Positions 47,461 to 57,324 of a stretch of 64,000 bases of DNA are shown one piece after another. Within the stretch, counting starts at the first letter, position 1. The number at the start of each line of letters is the position of its first letter. The stretch is taken from positions 862 to 64,861 of the forward strand of contig CAZWVJ010000008.1 of NCBI GenBank assembly GCA_964636865.1, written 5' to 3'. Source of the DNA: an uncultured Syntrophomonadaceae bacterium. GTDB taxonomy: Bacteria; Bacillota; Dethiobacteria; DTU022; PWGO01. Below the pieces are notes generated by a model. The model had not been told where the DNA came from and made no database searches. It saw only the letters and a list, made by a program, of their open reading frames with translations. A program made the translations under genes and the position numbers.

Positions 47461-47878
47461 TAAATATTAGCTTTTTAAATGCTAATAAACTTCTTGAGCC
47501 GCAGTCAAAGGGAAATATTTATTTACAAACGCTAAACTCTCCGATAAAACTGTGAGTGTGAATCTCTGTTTGGAAAGCTATGAATTTTATTCCCCGGAGA
47601 TTTCATCTATAATTAAGTAAAAAAATAAAGTAATGGTTAAAAATTTATCGATATTAGCAGGGAAATAATGGCATTTATAGAATGTTATAGTAGCAAATAT
47701 TCAAATAAGCGATCTTCTGAACAATAATTCATGCTGCAAAATTCTTAGATAAAACATTTAAATCTAAATTCCACTTCAAGCAAAAGGGGGTGTTAGCCTT
47801 AATTAAAAATTCTTTTTTTGTGGCCTTATTTCCCTAAAATTAACTACTTATACTTAATTGTAGAAAGGGGGCATTATC

Positions 47879-49258
47879 TTGACGCGCGAAAGCTGGGTAT
47901 CAAGAATGGGGTTTATCTTGGCTGCTGCCGGCTCGGCGGTAGGCTTGGGAAATATATGGCGCTTCCCATATGTTGCCGGTGAAGGAGGGGGAGCTGCCTG
48001 GATCATTATTTATCTAATCTTGGTGCTTATTATCGGATATCCTATGATGGTTACGGAAATATCATTGGGCAGAGCTTCGCAGAGAAATGTGTTGGGAACG
48101 TTTAAATCTTTAGCACCTAATACTCCCTGGTGGTTATTGGGTGCCCTAGGTGTTTTAACTTCCGTAGTAATACTTTCTTATTACTCGGTTATAGGCGGAT
48201 GGTCCCTGGCATATATATTTGAGTCAGCATTAGGCGGCCTGGGAGAAGGGACCGATTTTGCAGATGTTTTCATGAGTCATATAGGTTCAGTTTGGGGACC
48301 TATTATTTGGCATGCTGTGTTCATGTTAATCTGTGTCGGCATAATAGCCGGAGGAGTAGTGAAAGGAATCCAAAGATGGGTGTCAATTCTATGGCCGGTT
48401 ATGGGAGTTTTACTCATTGTTCTGGTAGTGAGAGCTGTAACATTACCCGGTGCCGGTGAAGGGTTGGCCTGGTACTTGATCCCGGAATTCGGTGATATAA
48501 CCGCCGGATCAATAATTGCTGCTGTGGGGCAGGTCTTTTTCACTTTAAGTTTGGCCATGGGCATTATTATCACTTATGGCAGTTACTTCACTAAAAAAGA
48601 TGAGATACCCGGCAGTGCTGCTTATGTGGTAGGAATGGACACTGCAGTGGCCATTATAGCAGGTTTTGCTATTTTCCCCGCCGTTTTCGCCATGGGTTTT
48701 GACCCCGGTGAAGGCGCCGGGCTGGCATTTATCACTCTTCCAGCCATTTTTGCGGAAATACCCGTGGGAGGAATGATCTTTGGCACCTTATTTTTCATAT
48801 TGCTCTCGGCAGCAGCTGTAACTTCAGCCATTTCTTTGCTGGAGGTAAGCGCTTCCTGGCTTATTGATGAATATAACTGGAAACGCGGCAAGGCTGCCGT
48901 ACTTATGGGAGTAATTATCTTTATAATTGGTCTTCCCTCTACCCTGGGGTATAGTGTGCTGGAAGGAGTAACTATTGAAGCCATAGCTCCGGAGTTATTG
49001 GATGTTTTTGACTGGATAGCTTATCATGTCTTTCTACCCTTAGGTGGTATTCTAACGGCAATTTTTGCCGGCTATGTGTGGGGGGCCAAGAAAACTAAAG
49101 ATGAAGCTAATACGGCTGAAGTAAAGGGAAGATTAAGTATAGGTAATTGGTTTATTCCTGTACTTAAGTATGTTTTGCCCATTATTATCCTTATCATCAT
49201 GATCTTTGGCTTTATAGAAACTTTCTGGCCGGAGATATTACCGTGGGAAGTACTCTAA
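47879..49258 (+). CDS. sodium-dependent transporter, SNF/NSS family
   Basis: GLGNIWRFPY signature in TM1. About 11-12 TM helices. TTG start after AAAGGGGG. Confidence 0.9.
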   Translation: MTRESWVSRMGFILAAAGSAVGLGNIWRFPYVAGEGGGAAWIIIYLILVLIIGYPMMVTEISLGRASQRNVLGTFKSLAPNTPWWLLGALGVLTSVVILSYYSVIGGWSLAYIFESALGGLGEGTDFADVFMSHIGSVWGPIIWHAVFMLICVGIIAGGVVKGIQRWVSILWPVMGVLLIVLVVRAVTLPGAGEGLAWYLIPEFGDITAGSIIAAVGQVFFTLSLAMGIIITYGSYFTKKDEIPGSAAYVVGMDTAVAIIAGFAIFPAVFAMGFDPGEGAGLAFITLPAIFAEIPVGGMIFGTLFFILLSAAAVTSAISLLEVSASWLIDEYNWKRGKAAVLMGVIIFIIGLPSTLGYSVLEGVTIEAIAPELLDVFDWIAYHVFLPLGGILTAIFAGYVWGAKKTKDEANTAEVKGRLSIGNWFIPVLKYVLPIIILIIMIFGFIETFWPEILPWEVL

Positions 49259-49291
49259 ATATGGTTTAAAATTTATGTTAAAGTATAATGT

Positions 49292-49335
49292 AAAAAAGGC
49301 CGGCACGTATAAAGACCGCAGCCGGCCTTTTTTAT
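49292..49335. terminator. bidirectional rho-independent terminator
   Basis: AAAAAA-GGCCGGC (49298-49304)...GCCGGCC (49321-49327)-TTTTTTATTT, between convergent genes. Confidence 0.8.
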
Positions 49336-49378
49336 TTATATAATTGATTTTGGACTTCATTAATGTATGAATATATAT

Positions 49379-50632
49379 TTACGGCATATTTTTATCAACA
49401 TAAACAGCTAATTTTCCTAAAAAATTAACATAACTACCAAGTTCATTGTCATACCAACCGAAAATTTTAGCATGGGTGACGGGAATGTTAATGTCCTCTT
49501 GTATATCGATGCCGTGTTCGCGCAGGGTATCAGCATAAAAAGGGATGAAGCCGGTTCTGGTATGTGTTTCCGCTCCTTCAATGATAATTGCGGCAGGATA
49601 ACCAATCATGTCTGAGGAGACATTCTTTTTTTCACTGTAAACAAGCATTTCTTTTTGGGGGCCTTCAGCGGCTTTTTTATAAATATTGTTAATAAAATTT
49701 TTGCTTAAAAGAGGTTCGCCATCTTCGCTCAGGGTAGTGTTAAACGTAACGTTGAGGACAATAAGAGAAGCTGTACTAATGGGGACTCTAACTGAATCTG
49801 CCATGATGCCGATCTGCTTTATTTCCGGTAAAATATTTTCCAGGGCAAACCCTGCGCCGGTAGTGGTCATGATTATGTTGTTAAATACGGAGCGGGTTTT
49901 TCTCAAATCAGAAGCATCTGCTTTAGGTGCCGAATCTAATATATTTTGATTATTTGTAGCTGCATGGACAGTAGACATTGAAATAGTAATAATTTCTGAT
50001 GTTTCGCGGGTATCCAGTAGTGGACTAACCATGTGTGCCAAGCCGGTGGTTGTACAACTGGCGGCAGAAACAATATGGTGATCATCGGGTTCGTATTCAT
50101 GGTGATTGATTCCATATACAAAGGTGCCGCAATCGGAAGGAATCTCCTGGATGTTATCGGCGACTTTAAAAGGAGCACTGACAATAACCTTTTCGGCCCC
50201 GGCCTCAAGATGGCCGCGCATGCTGCCTTTGGGGTGATCAGCAGGAACAGTGGGATCAACAAAATTCCCCGTGCATTCCACAACCAGCCGTACATCTTCT
50301 TTAGCCCAGTTAATATTTCTTGGATTTCTGGAATCTGCGATAAGTTTAATCGGCAATCCGTTAATGGTAAAAATAGCTGAATCCCGGTCAGTAATTTCAA
50401 TATCGCAGGTTTTGCCTGAATATCCATAAAAGAAATTATCCAAAGATCCAAAAGTAGAATCTTTTACCAGGTAGTCAATAAAGTCTTCCAATTTTTTGCC
50501 CACTTTTCTGCCGGCATTAATAACAAAACCATCAAAGTGCCCATAGTTTAAATGATTCCACAGGGTGAGTTTTCCAATCCGCCCGATACCATTGATGCCT
50601 ATTTTTTTAGTACTTTTTAGGAGATTATTCAT
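49379..50632 (-). CDS. GAPDH-family dehydrogenase, unusually long (417 aa)
   Basis: INGIGRIGK Rossmann motif, catalytic SAASCTTTG, STVHAAT and C-terminal WYDNELG. It has several insertions relative to the roughly 335-aa classical enzymes. Confidence 0.75.
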   Translation of the reverse strand: MNNLLKSTKKIGINGIGRIGKLTLWNHLNYGHFDGFVINAGRKVGKKLEDFIDYLVKDSTFGSLDNFFYGYSGKTCDIEITDRDSAIFTINGLPIKLIADSRNPRNINWAKEDVRLVVECTGNFVDPTVPADHPKGSMRGHLEAGAEKVIVSAPFKVADNIQEIPSDCGTFVYGINHHEYEPDDHHIVSAASCTTTGLAHMVSPLLDTRETSEIITISMSTVHAATNNQNILDSAPKADASDLRKTRSVFNNIIMTTTGAGFALENILPEIKQIGIMADSVRVPISTASLIVLNVTFNTTLSEDGEPLLSKNFINNIYKKAAEGPQKEMLVYSEKKNVSSDMIGYPAAIIIEGAETHTRTGFIPFYADTLREHGIDIQEDINIPVTHAKIFGWYDNELGSYVNFLGKLAVYVDKNMP

Positions 50633-50692
50633 TTACCTTTTTCACCCCTATCTTTCTTAAATATATTGAATTATTGAGCAAATTTGTCTTTA

Positions 50693-53600
50693 TCAGCTTT
50701 TTGCGCTTTGGTATGAAAATGAAAGTTGATTATCTTCTGCATGTATGCTTCCCACTTGCCCATCGATATAAATAGTGGCACCTGATTTAATGGTGACATT
50801 GTTAATTGTACATTCTTTATTGGTTTCGTCAACTTTAAGTTCTTTGCAATTAACAATGCATACTTTACCTAATTTCTGGGCCGATACCGCTGCATGGGAA
50901 GTAATGCCTCCCCGGCTGGTAACCAACCCGTCGCTTATAAAAATCATGTGAATGTCATCGGGTACCGTATCGGGCCGGATTAAAATGTGATTTTCCTCGG
51001 GATATTTATTTTTATTTTCTTGCAGATCTTCCATATAGAAGCTGACAATGCCCTTCATGAGGCCTCCACCAACTCCGATACCTTTACCGATCATGCTTCC
51101 TTGAGCATTGGTAGTGTTGAAGGAAACTTCTTTATCTTTGGGAGTAATTTCTTGTTCTCTGGTTTGAAGAAGGTACAGATCTTCCGGTTCCGGTGACTCA
51201 AAAGTAAATTCAATCTGCTGGTGGTTAAAACCGTGTGTTTCTATTAGTTCGGCAGCAATTTCATACAGGCGTTGAAAGATTTCAGGAAATGCAGATTCAA
51301 GGGAAAATTCAGAGTCCTGGTATTCATTTATACGTTGTCTTTCTGAAACAGGCATAGTATAAACAAGGCCGGAGACAATATCTTCTCCCTGACTGCAAGT
51401 TGTAAAATCTCCATAGAGATGGATGCCCGGTTTATTTAATTTGGGATCATGGGTAAAAACCACCCCTGTACCGGAATTTCTTGAGCGGTTGCCCATTACC
51501 ATTTTTTGGACGGTAACTGCCGTGCCCCATTCATCGGCGATTTGCATATGTTTGCGATAAGCATTGGCTCTTTTAGAAGACCATGAATCAAAAACAATGG
51601 AAATGGCCTGCTTAAGTTGTTCAAAAGAATCTTCTGCAACGAAAACATTATTTTTGTTGAGTATTTTTTTATATTCTTTAGCTATTTCTTTCATCTGCAT
51701 CGCATTGAAGAAGGATTTAAGCTTAACATTATATCTTTTTTTATAATAAGCCATGATTTCATCAAACAAATCCCGATCGATGCCATATGCCATGCCCCAA
51801 CTTTGGATAAATCGCCGGTAAGAATCCCAGCTCATCCAAGCTGTTTTAGCGTTTTTACCCAACTCTTCGGCGATAGCGTCATTCATTCCCACATTTAGAA
51901 GGGTAATCATGGCGCCGGGCATCGAAAATGCTGTTCCGGAACGAACAGATAAAAGCAAGGGATTTTTAACACTGCCAAACTGTAGCCCCTCGGAAATCTC
52001 TAACGCATGCACCTGGCTTAAAATTTTGTTTTCCAGGTCACGCAGCATATTTTGGTTTTTAAAAATAGTTTGCTTGTGCCTGTAAACTTCTGTAGTGAGA
52101 ACAAAACCGGGGGGGATGGGTAAATTATAAGAAGACATTTTTTTGAGGTAATATGCTTTGGCGCCCAGAAAAATTCGATTGTCCATGGGCAGGGTTTCTT
52201 GGGTTAAAGGACTGATAGCCAGTTCCGGCTTATAGCTGGTATTGGTGTGTATATGCACTTCCTTCTTGTTTTCAATCAGGTTTTCGGTCACATTGATTAA
52301 GTTAGCCAGGAAATTATCAAGTTCCTGCATTAAAAAGGAGGAGGATAATATATCCCGGTAAAAAATTTCAGATACGTTCATGAGCGTTTCGGCTGAATCA
52401 TCGTATATTTGAGGGACTACAATATTAAGAGCTTCATCGTAAAACCTCATAAAATACTTATTTATTGCTTCTTTGATATGTCCGGACATGAATCTGAAAA
52501 TGTTTATATACTGCCCCAATGTAACGCTGGGTGAAAAAAGGCTGTGCCGAATCATCTCCAGGGTAGAATTAAAATTTTGGTTTACTATGCCATCTAACTC
52601 AAGTCCTTTTTTGAATTGAACAAGCAATGCATATACTTCATCAAGAGTGTGCGGTGAAAAATTTTCCAGGGGTAAATCTTTTAGTAATCGTTCAAACAAA
52701 TGAGAGGCTAACTGTTCCAGTCTGTAAATGAGGCCCAGGGCTTCAAATTTCGGTTCTCTGTATTCTCCGTACATTGAAGGAATCCCTATGGCTATATGCC
52801 TTTTATAATAAATGTTTTCAACAGGTTCAGTTATAGTGTCGTCCAGTATTATTTCGTTTAAATCTTCCATAAAAGCATATACTTGTTCCAGGGCTTGTTG
52901 ATGCAAATTTTGTTCCAAAAATTCTTGTAGTTGTTTGATATCATCTTGTTGGAAAAAATTACTGCGTGACAAAACATCAATGATGTTGTTGGCCTCTAAA
53001 GAATATTTAGCTAATAAAAGTTTGTTCATATGAAGAAGATATATTAATCGTTTTTTATCTCTTTCATTCACCGAACTCTGGTTTTGAATAAATTCTGCGA
53101 CCTCATCTTCAGGTAATTTCAAAAGTCCTTCAAAGTCAACGTTAAAGTGTTCGCATACTTCATTCATGAGGAAGTTTATTTCTACAAAATACTCACTTTC
53201 TACATCAATGAATTCGATAACGTCGCTGGGAAGTATAGCTTGTAGTGGTTTTAAATCACCATTGTACCAAAAACCGGCTACTTTTTTTATAAGCTCTACA
53301 TGCATGTTGTTACTTTCGGCGTGAATTTGCTTTCTGACAAAATGCATGAGCCGGTCTTTTCTACCGGAGAGTTCATCTATAGCTGTGCTGTAATCGCGTA
53401 GATCTCCTTCGGCGCCGATTTCGTTATAATATACCGGAAAAACTCTGGCTAATTGCTTGACCTGTTTAAATACTGACCCGATATTTGCGTTTAGCAATTT
53501 AGTAATATCACGCTGAAAAAGATCAGTGTCAGAGATAAAAATGCCGCCAAGTTTTAGATTAACCAGAAGAGCCGACAAAAGTTTTTTAAAATTATAAGGC

Positions 53601-54775
53601 GAGGTCCCGATTAATTCCAGCCAAACTCTAATATTTTTTACATGGTTTGGGTTGGCTTTGGTTACCCAGTCATCAGTTATTTCAATTTTTCCCGGGAATA
53701 CAAAACCAAACTCAATTAGTTTCTCTATGTAATGATTGATGATTTCCTGGTCTTCAATGGCGGCAATTTCTTTTCCCAGTGTAAGTTGACAATCTAAAAT
53801 TGTGCCGGTGTGCTGTTCTCTAAGATCAATGAAAAGGTTAAACATAATATCAATGAAAGGATAGATATCTTTGTTGGCAAGTTCTGCTAAAACTGTCTTG
53901 AGTAATCTATTCAGATCATAGAGGAGGTGATTTTTAAGGGGAATCATTCCCGGTAAATGCAACAAGTATAAAAGATAATATATCTTTTCTATGGAAAGCT
54001 CGAGTTCTTCGATAAAATGCCGATAATAGTTGGCAATTTCTTCAAAAAAGAGGTTTGACTCAATTTCGTTCCATTCTTGAGATGCTTCGATTTGCTCTGA
54101 TAGATCCTTAAAGAATATTTTCCCAAGTTGCTTTATTTTTTCCCGACTTTCGGGAAGAAAAAGTTCTGATTTGCTTTCTATCCATTCCTCGATATTAGTG
54201 GTATTTTCCCAGTATGCACAGCTTTTCCGCAGGATTTCTTTGGTAATTTCGCAAATTTTTTGATTAAACTCTGGAACTTTGGCCAATTTTCTTAGATACA
54301 TTTTAAAGTGCCTCGCATTCCGCAGGTAGATCTCTTCATTTTTAGCCATTCCCTGTTCAATCAAATCCAAGCATTTCCAAATTACCCGGGGTGGATAGTT
54401 CTCTTCTTTGGCAAGTTTGTCTACAAACACGAAAAGTGTTCTAACTAATTGTTCCTGCAATTTTTCTTCCAGTTCTTTATTTTGTAGTTCTTCAAAAATA
54501 TCTACCAAAAAAAGCAAGGCTTCTTCCGATTCTTCCACTGAATTATAAAGCCACAAATCATTTACGCTGATCTTGTGCAAACTTTTGATAATAAAAGCGT
54601 AATCGGGGTATGCATGGTTGTACTCTTTAATAAAATTTTCCGTTTTTTTGTTTATACCCCAGTATGAAGCAGATAAAGAAAGAAACCAATGATGCTTTTC
54701 CGGAAAATCTATCTGGTCTTGTTTTGTCTGAGTTAAATTAGCTTCTAACGCTTTTGATTTAAAAGTGCTTTTCAT
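50693..54775 (-). CDS. PPDK/PEP-synthase-like dikinase (ATP-grasp plus phospho-His swivel domain) with an approximately 860-aa N-terminal helical region of unknown function and no PEP/pyruvate TIM-barrel domain
   Basis: Residues about 865-1360 read like PPDK: LGAKAYYL..LPIPPGFVLT, LLLSVRSGTAFSMPGAM, WDSYRRFIQ, GTAVTVQKMVMGN, SGTGVVFT, SQGEDIVSG, QQIEFTFE, GGITSHAAV (His codon at 50894-50896). Nothing PPDK-like follows the swivel domain. The N-terminal part matches nothing I recognise. Confidence 0.75.
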   Translation of the reverse strand: MKSTFKSKALEANLTQTKQDQIDFPEKHHWFLSLSASYWGINKKTENFIKEYNHAYPDYAFIIKSLHKISVNDLWLYNSVEESEEALLFLVDIFEELQNKELEEKLQEQLVRTLFVFVDKLAKEENYPPRVIWKCLDLIEQGMAKNEEIYLRNARHFKMYLRKLAKVPEFNQKICEITKEILRKSCAYWENTTNIEEWIESKSELFLPESREKIKQLGKIFFKDLSEQIEASQEWNEIESNLFFEEIANYYRHFIEELELSIEKIYYLLYLLHLPGMIPLKNHLLYDLNRLLKTVLAELANKDIYPFIDIMFNLFIDLREQHTGTILDCQLTLGKEIAAIEDQEIINHYIEKLIEFGFVFPGKIEITDDWVTKANPNHVKNIRVWLELIGTSPYNFKKLLSALLVNLKLGGIFISDTDLFQRDITKLLNANIGSVFKQVKQLARVFPVYYNEIGAEGDLRDYSTAIDELSGRKDRLMHFVRKQIHAESNNMHVELIKKVAGFWYNGDLKPLQAILPSDVIEFIDVESEYFVEINFLMNEVCEHFNVDFEGLLKLPEDEVAEFIQNQSSVNERDKKRLIYLLHMNKLLLAKYSLEANNIIDVLSRSNFFQQDDIKQLQEFLEQNLHQQALEQVYAFMEDLNEIILDDTITEPVENIYYKRHIAIGIPSMYGEYREPKFEALGLIYRLEQLASHLFERLLKDLPLENFSPHTLDEVYALLVQFKKGLELDGIVNQNFNSTLEMIRHSLFSPSVTLGQYINIFRFMSGHIKEAINKYFMRFYDEALNIVVPQIYDDSAETLMNVSEIFYRDILSSSFLMQELDNFLANLINVTENLIENKKEVHIHTNTSYKPELAISPLTQETLPMDNRIFLGAKAYYLKKMSSYNLPIPPGFVLTTEVYRHKQTIFKNQNMLRDLENKILSQVHALEISEGLQFGSVKNPLLLSVRSGTAFSMPGAMITLLNVGMNDAIAEELGKNAKTAWMSWDSYRRFIQSWGMAYGIDRDLFDEIMAYYKKRYNVKLKSFFNAMQMKEIAKEYKKILNKNNVFVAEDSFEQLKQAISIVFDSWSSKRANAYRKHMQIADEWGTAVTVQKMVMGNRSRNSGTGVVFTHDPKLNKPGIHLYGDFTTCSQGEDIVSGLVYTMPVSERQRINEYQDSEFSLESAFPEIFQRLYEIAAELIETHGFNHQQIEFTFESPEPEDLYLLQTREQEITPKDKEVSFNTTNAQGSMIGKGIGVGGGLMKGIVSFYMEDLQENKNKYPEENHILIRPDTVPDDIHMIFISDGLVTSRGGITSHAAVSAQKLGKVCIVNCKELKVDETNKECTINNVTIKSGATIYIDGQVGSIHAEDNQLSFSYQSAKS

Positions 54776-55043
54776 AAAATCACCCCAATAGCTGCACGCT
54801 TTGTTGTTTGTTTGACAAATGTGTAAATTTAGGAGTTATCTTTTTCAAATACATTATATCAGAAATAATATGAAAAAAATAGTTAGAAAAATAAGACAAT
54901 ACACTTCCTAAGCATAATCTGGCAGATAATATAATGGGCAGGAGAACTGTATATTTTCAAGAAATATTATTACTAAAGAACCACTAAGAACGCCCGGAAG
55001 TTTATGTTTTGATAAAGTTGCCATTTGATAGGAGTGACGGGGA

Positions 55044-56450
55044 ATGAGTGCTAACGAGAAAATACTACAGGAAGGTCTTTTTAATCGGGTGTATGGACTT
55101 TTTGAGGTTATGACCAAATTTCCGGAGGTAATGAGCGAAGCCGAACTGGAAGGTTTAATTAAAGTGCTTCCTCCCGATTCAGCAAACAGCATAAGATGCA
55201 TCTTAAGGCCATCTATCCAGGAAGCAAGTATGTCTTACATAAAAATGCTCAATGTGTGGCTTAAAGAAGCCAGGCAGGCGCGAGAAGAAGGTAAAAAAGT
55301 TATCCTTCTTCCTTTTAACTTTAACCCGGAAATAATTCATTTTTTTGATAATCTATTTCCTCTTACCAGTGAAGTTCTTACTACCATGGGAGTAGTAGCC
55401 CTGGAGGGGCAGGGTCAAAGATACTGGGATTATGCTATGGGAATGGGAATGCCTGACCATATTTGTTCGGCAAATTCGGTGGAAATTGGCTCTGTGCTTA
55501 CAGGAGTGGATTTTAAGCCTGATGCCGTGATTTCAGCAGCTCCGGGGGCTTGTGATATGAATGCTAAAATTCACGAGTTTTTGGCCAGATACCTCGAAAT
55601 TCCTCAGTTTGTGATACAAAAGCCACCGGATAATACGCAGCGGGGATACGAATTTTTTAAAAACAGCTATAGAAAGTTATTTGCTATACTGGAAGATTAT
55701 GCCGGGGAAGAAGTAAAAGAGGAAAGAATGCGGGAAGTGGCAGCAAAAGCGAATCGCTGCACGGAATTGTATTATGATCTTTGGGAATTAAAAAAGCAAA
55801 TGCCCTGCCCCGTGCCGGGAATATTTTCTCTCTATATTATTGGAGTTCGCTTTGCCATGTGGGGAAGGGATGAAGGTATAGCGACACTGCAAAAAATGGT
55901 AGAAGTGGCTCGCCGTAATCTTGAAGATCCACATTACCAAACTCGAGAAGAAGTTGCCCGGGTGCTCTGGACTTATGTAAGTTATTATTACGACTTGCTT
56001 GGTTTTTACGAATGGATGGATGAAAAGGGAATTATTAATATGGGGGACATGCTCCAGATTAATTTTACCCAACCCATTGATTTAAGCACCCGCGAGAGTA
56101 TTCTTGACGGTATTGTTGAAAACGCATGGAATGCTTTTATGACCAGGCAAATGGGGGGTGATTCCATGTCATTACGGTGGGTAAATGATCTGATTCACAT
56201 TATTAAAGAGTTTGGTGTCAACGGTGCTATCTTTTGCGGTCATCATGCTTGTAAACAAAGCCAGAGTGTTTTTTCCATTGCCCGTAAGGAAGTTCAAGAA
56301 AAAGCCGGTGTTCCTACTTTAAAATTACAAGGGGATTCCTGGGTAGGTTCTATGACTCCCATGAGCGTTATTCAGGAAGAAGTGGATCAGTTTATAAATA
56401 ATGTGGTTAATAAGAAAAGAAGACGTCGGAAAAGATCCGGAGGAATATAA
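55044..56450 (+). CDS. 2-hydroxyacyl-CoA dehydratase / benzoyl-CoA reductase BcrC-BadD family protein (solo subunit)
   Basis: Length and overall pattern fit the family (VISAAPGACDMNAKIHEF, FCGHHACKQSQ). The C-terminal poly-basic tail KKRRRRKRSGG is unusual. This is a family-level call only. Confidence 0.55.
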   Translation: MSANEKILQEGLFNRVYGLFEVMTKFPEVMSEAELEGLIKVLPPDSANSIRCILRPSIQEASMSYIKMLNVWLKEARQAREEGKKVILLPFNFNPEIIHFFDNLFPLTSEVLTTMGVVALEGQGQRYWDYAMGMGMPDHICSANSVEIGSVLTGVDFKPDAVISAAPGACDMNAKIHEFLARYLEIPQFVIQKPPDNTQRGYEFFKNSYRKLFAILEDYAGEEVKEERMREVAAKANRCTELYYDLWELKKQMPCPVPGIFSLYIIGVRFAMWGRDEGIATLQKMVEVARRNLEDPHYQTREEVARVLWTYVSYYYDLLGFYEWMDEKGIINMGDMLQINFTQPIDLSTRESILDGIVENAWNAFMTRQMGGDSMSLRWVNDLIHIIKEFGVNGAIFCGHHACKQSQSVFSIARKEVQEKAGVPTLKLQGDSWVGSMTPMSVIQEEVDQFINNVVNKKRRRRKRSGGI

Positions 56451-56478
56451 TATGCAAATATTTCTATCCGTTATTAAT

Positions 56479-56961
56479 TTAGAATTTTCCTTCCAGCTTG
56501 CTTAAGTCCTCATGTAATTTTTTCTTCACTTTTTCTTTATTTTTTAAGACATTTTTATAATCAAACGCCCCTTTAATATTATTGCCTGCCAATTCTTTTT
56601 CAAGATTGCGCAGTGTTTTGCCGGGCATCCCCATATGGGTGCAAAAAAGGACAATATTTTTTCCCGAAATGGAGTTTTCTTTTAGGAAACTTCTTATTGG
56701 AGGGGAAAAGTTAAAACTCCACACGGGTGTCCCCAAAAAAATCAAATCATACTTATGGAGGTCAAAATTATATTCTTTGAGTTTAGGGGATTCACGCATC
56801 ATGACTTGCTTGCCGCCCCATATATGTTTGATGGGTTCAACTTTTGAAAGCTCTTTTACGGGTTTGAGTTCCTGAAAGTCTACATCAAAATGTTCTCCTA
56901 TGCACTCTGCGATAAACCTGGTGTTGCCTTCAAGTGAATAATAGACCACTATTTTATCCAT
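56479..56961 (-). CDS. flavodoxin-family protein
   Basis: MDKIVVYYSLEGNTRFIAE FMN-phosphate loop and FLGTPVW. 160 aa. Confidence 0.8.
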   Translation of the reverse strand: MDKIVVYYSLEGNTRFIAECIGEHFDVDFQELKPVKELSKVEPIKHIWGGKQVMMRESPKLKEYNFDLHKYDLIFLGTPVWSFNFSPPIRSFLKENSISGKNIVLFCTHMGMPGKTLRNLEKELAGNNIKGAFDYKNVLKNKEKVKKKLHEDLSKLEGKF

Positions 56962-57324
56962 TGTACCGATTCACCTCTTTCTAACAAAATATTTTCACAG
57001 ATTACTTCCTTTATATTTAAGTGCATCCAATTATACCAATAATTATTTCTATTTGGCAAAGAAAGCCAAACAACTCAAAAATGCTGCTATATATCTTAAA
57101 AGAGGAAGAGTGAAAGATTATGTTGTAATATAAGAATGGAGTATATGAATTTAACAGTTGCAATTTATTTAAGTAATAAACACCGAAAGCCGAAAAACTT
57201 TTCAAGAAAAGATGTTTTATTATATTCTTTCCGTAGTTAAAAAATAATTTATTTAAACAGAAGTAGATACCGGTATTTACTGATTTGTGATTTTGATTAA
57301 AACCCGGCTTGTGAGGTCAGAAGA

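Noticed and set aside
47461-47878. Possible T-box or glycine riboswitch in the 420-nt leader of the SNF transporter
   Set aside because: I found no T-box core (GGGTGGTACCGCG-like) and no paired glycine-aptamer cores (GGAGAG...CACCG...GGGGCAA). GGGGGTGTTAGCC is only a weak partial resemblance. There is also no convincing terminator/antiterminator pair.
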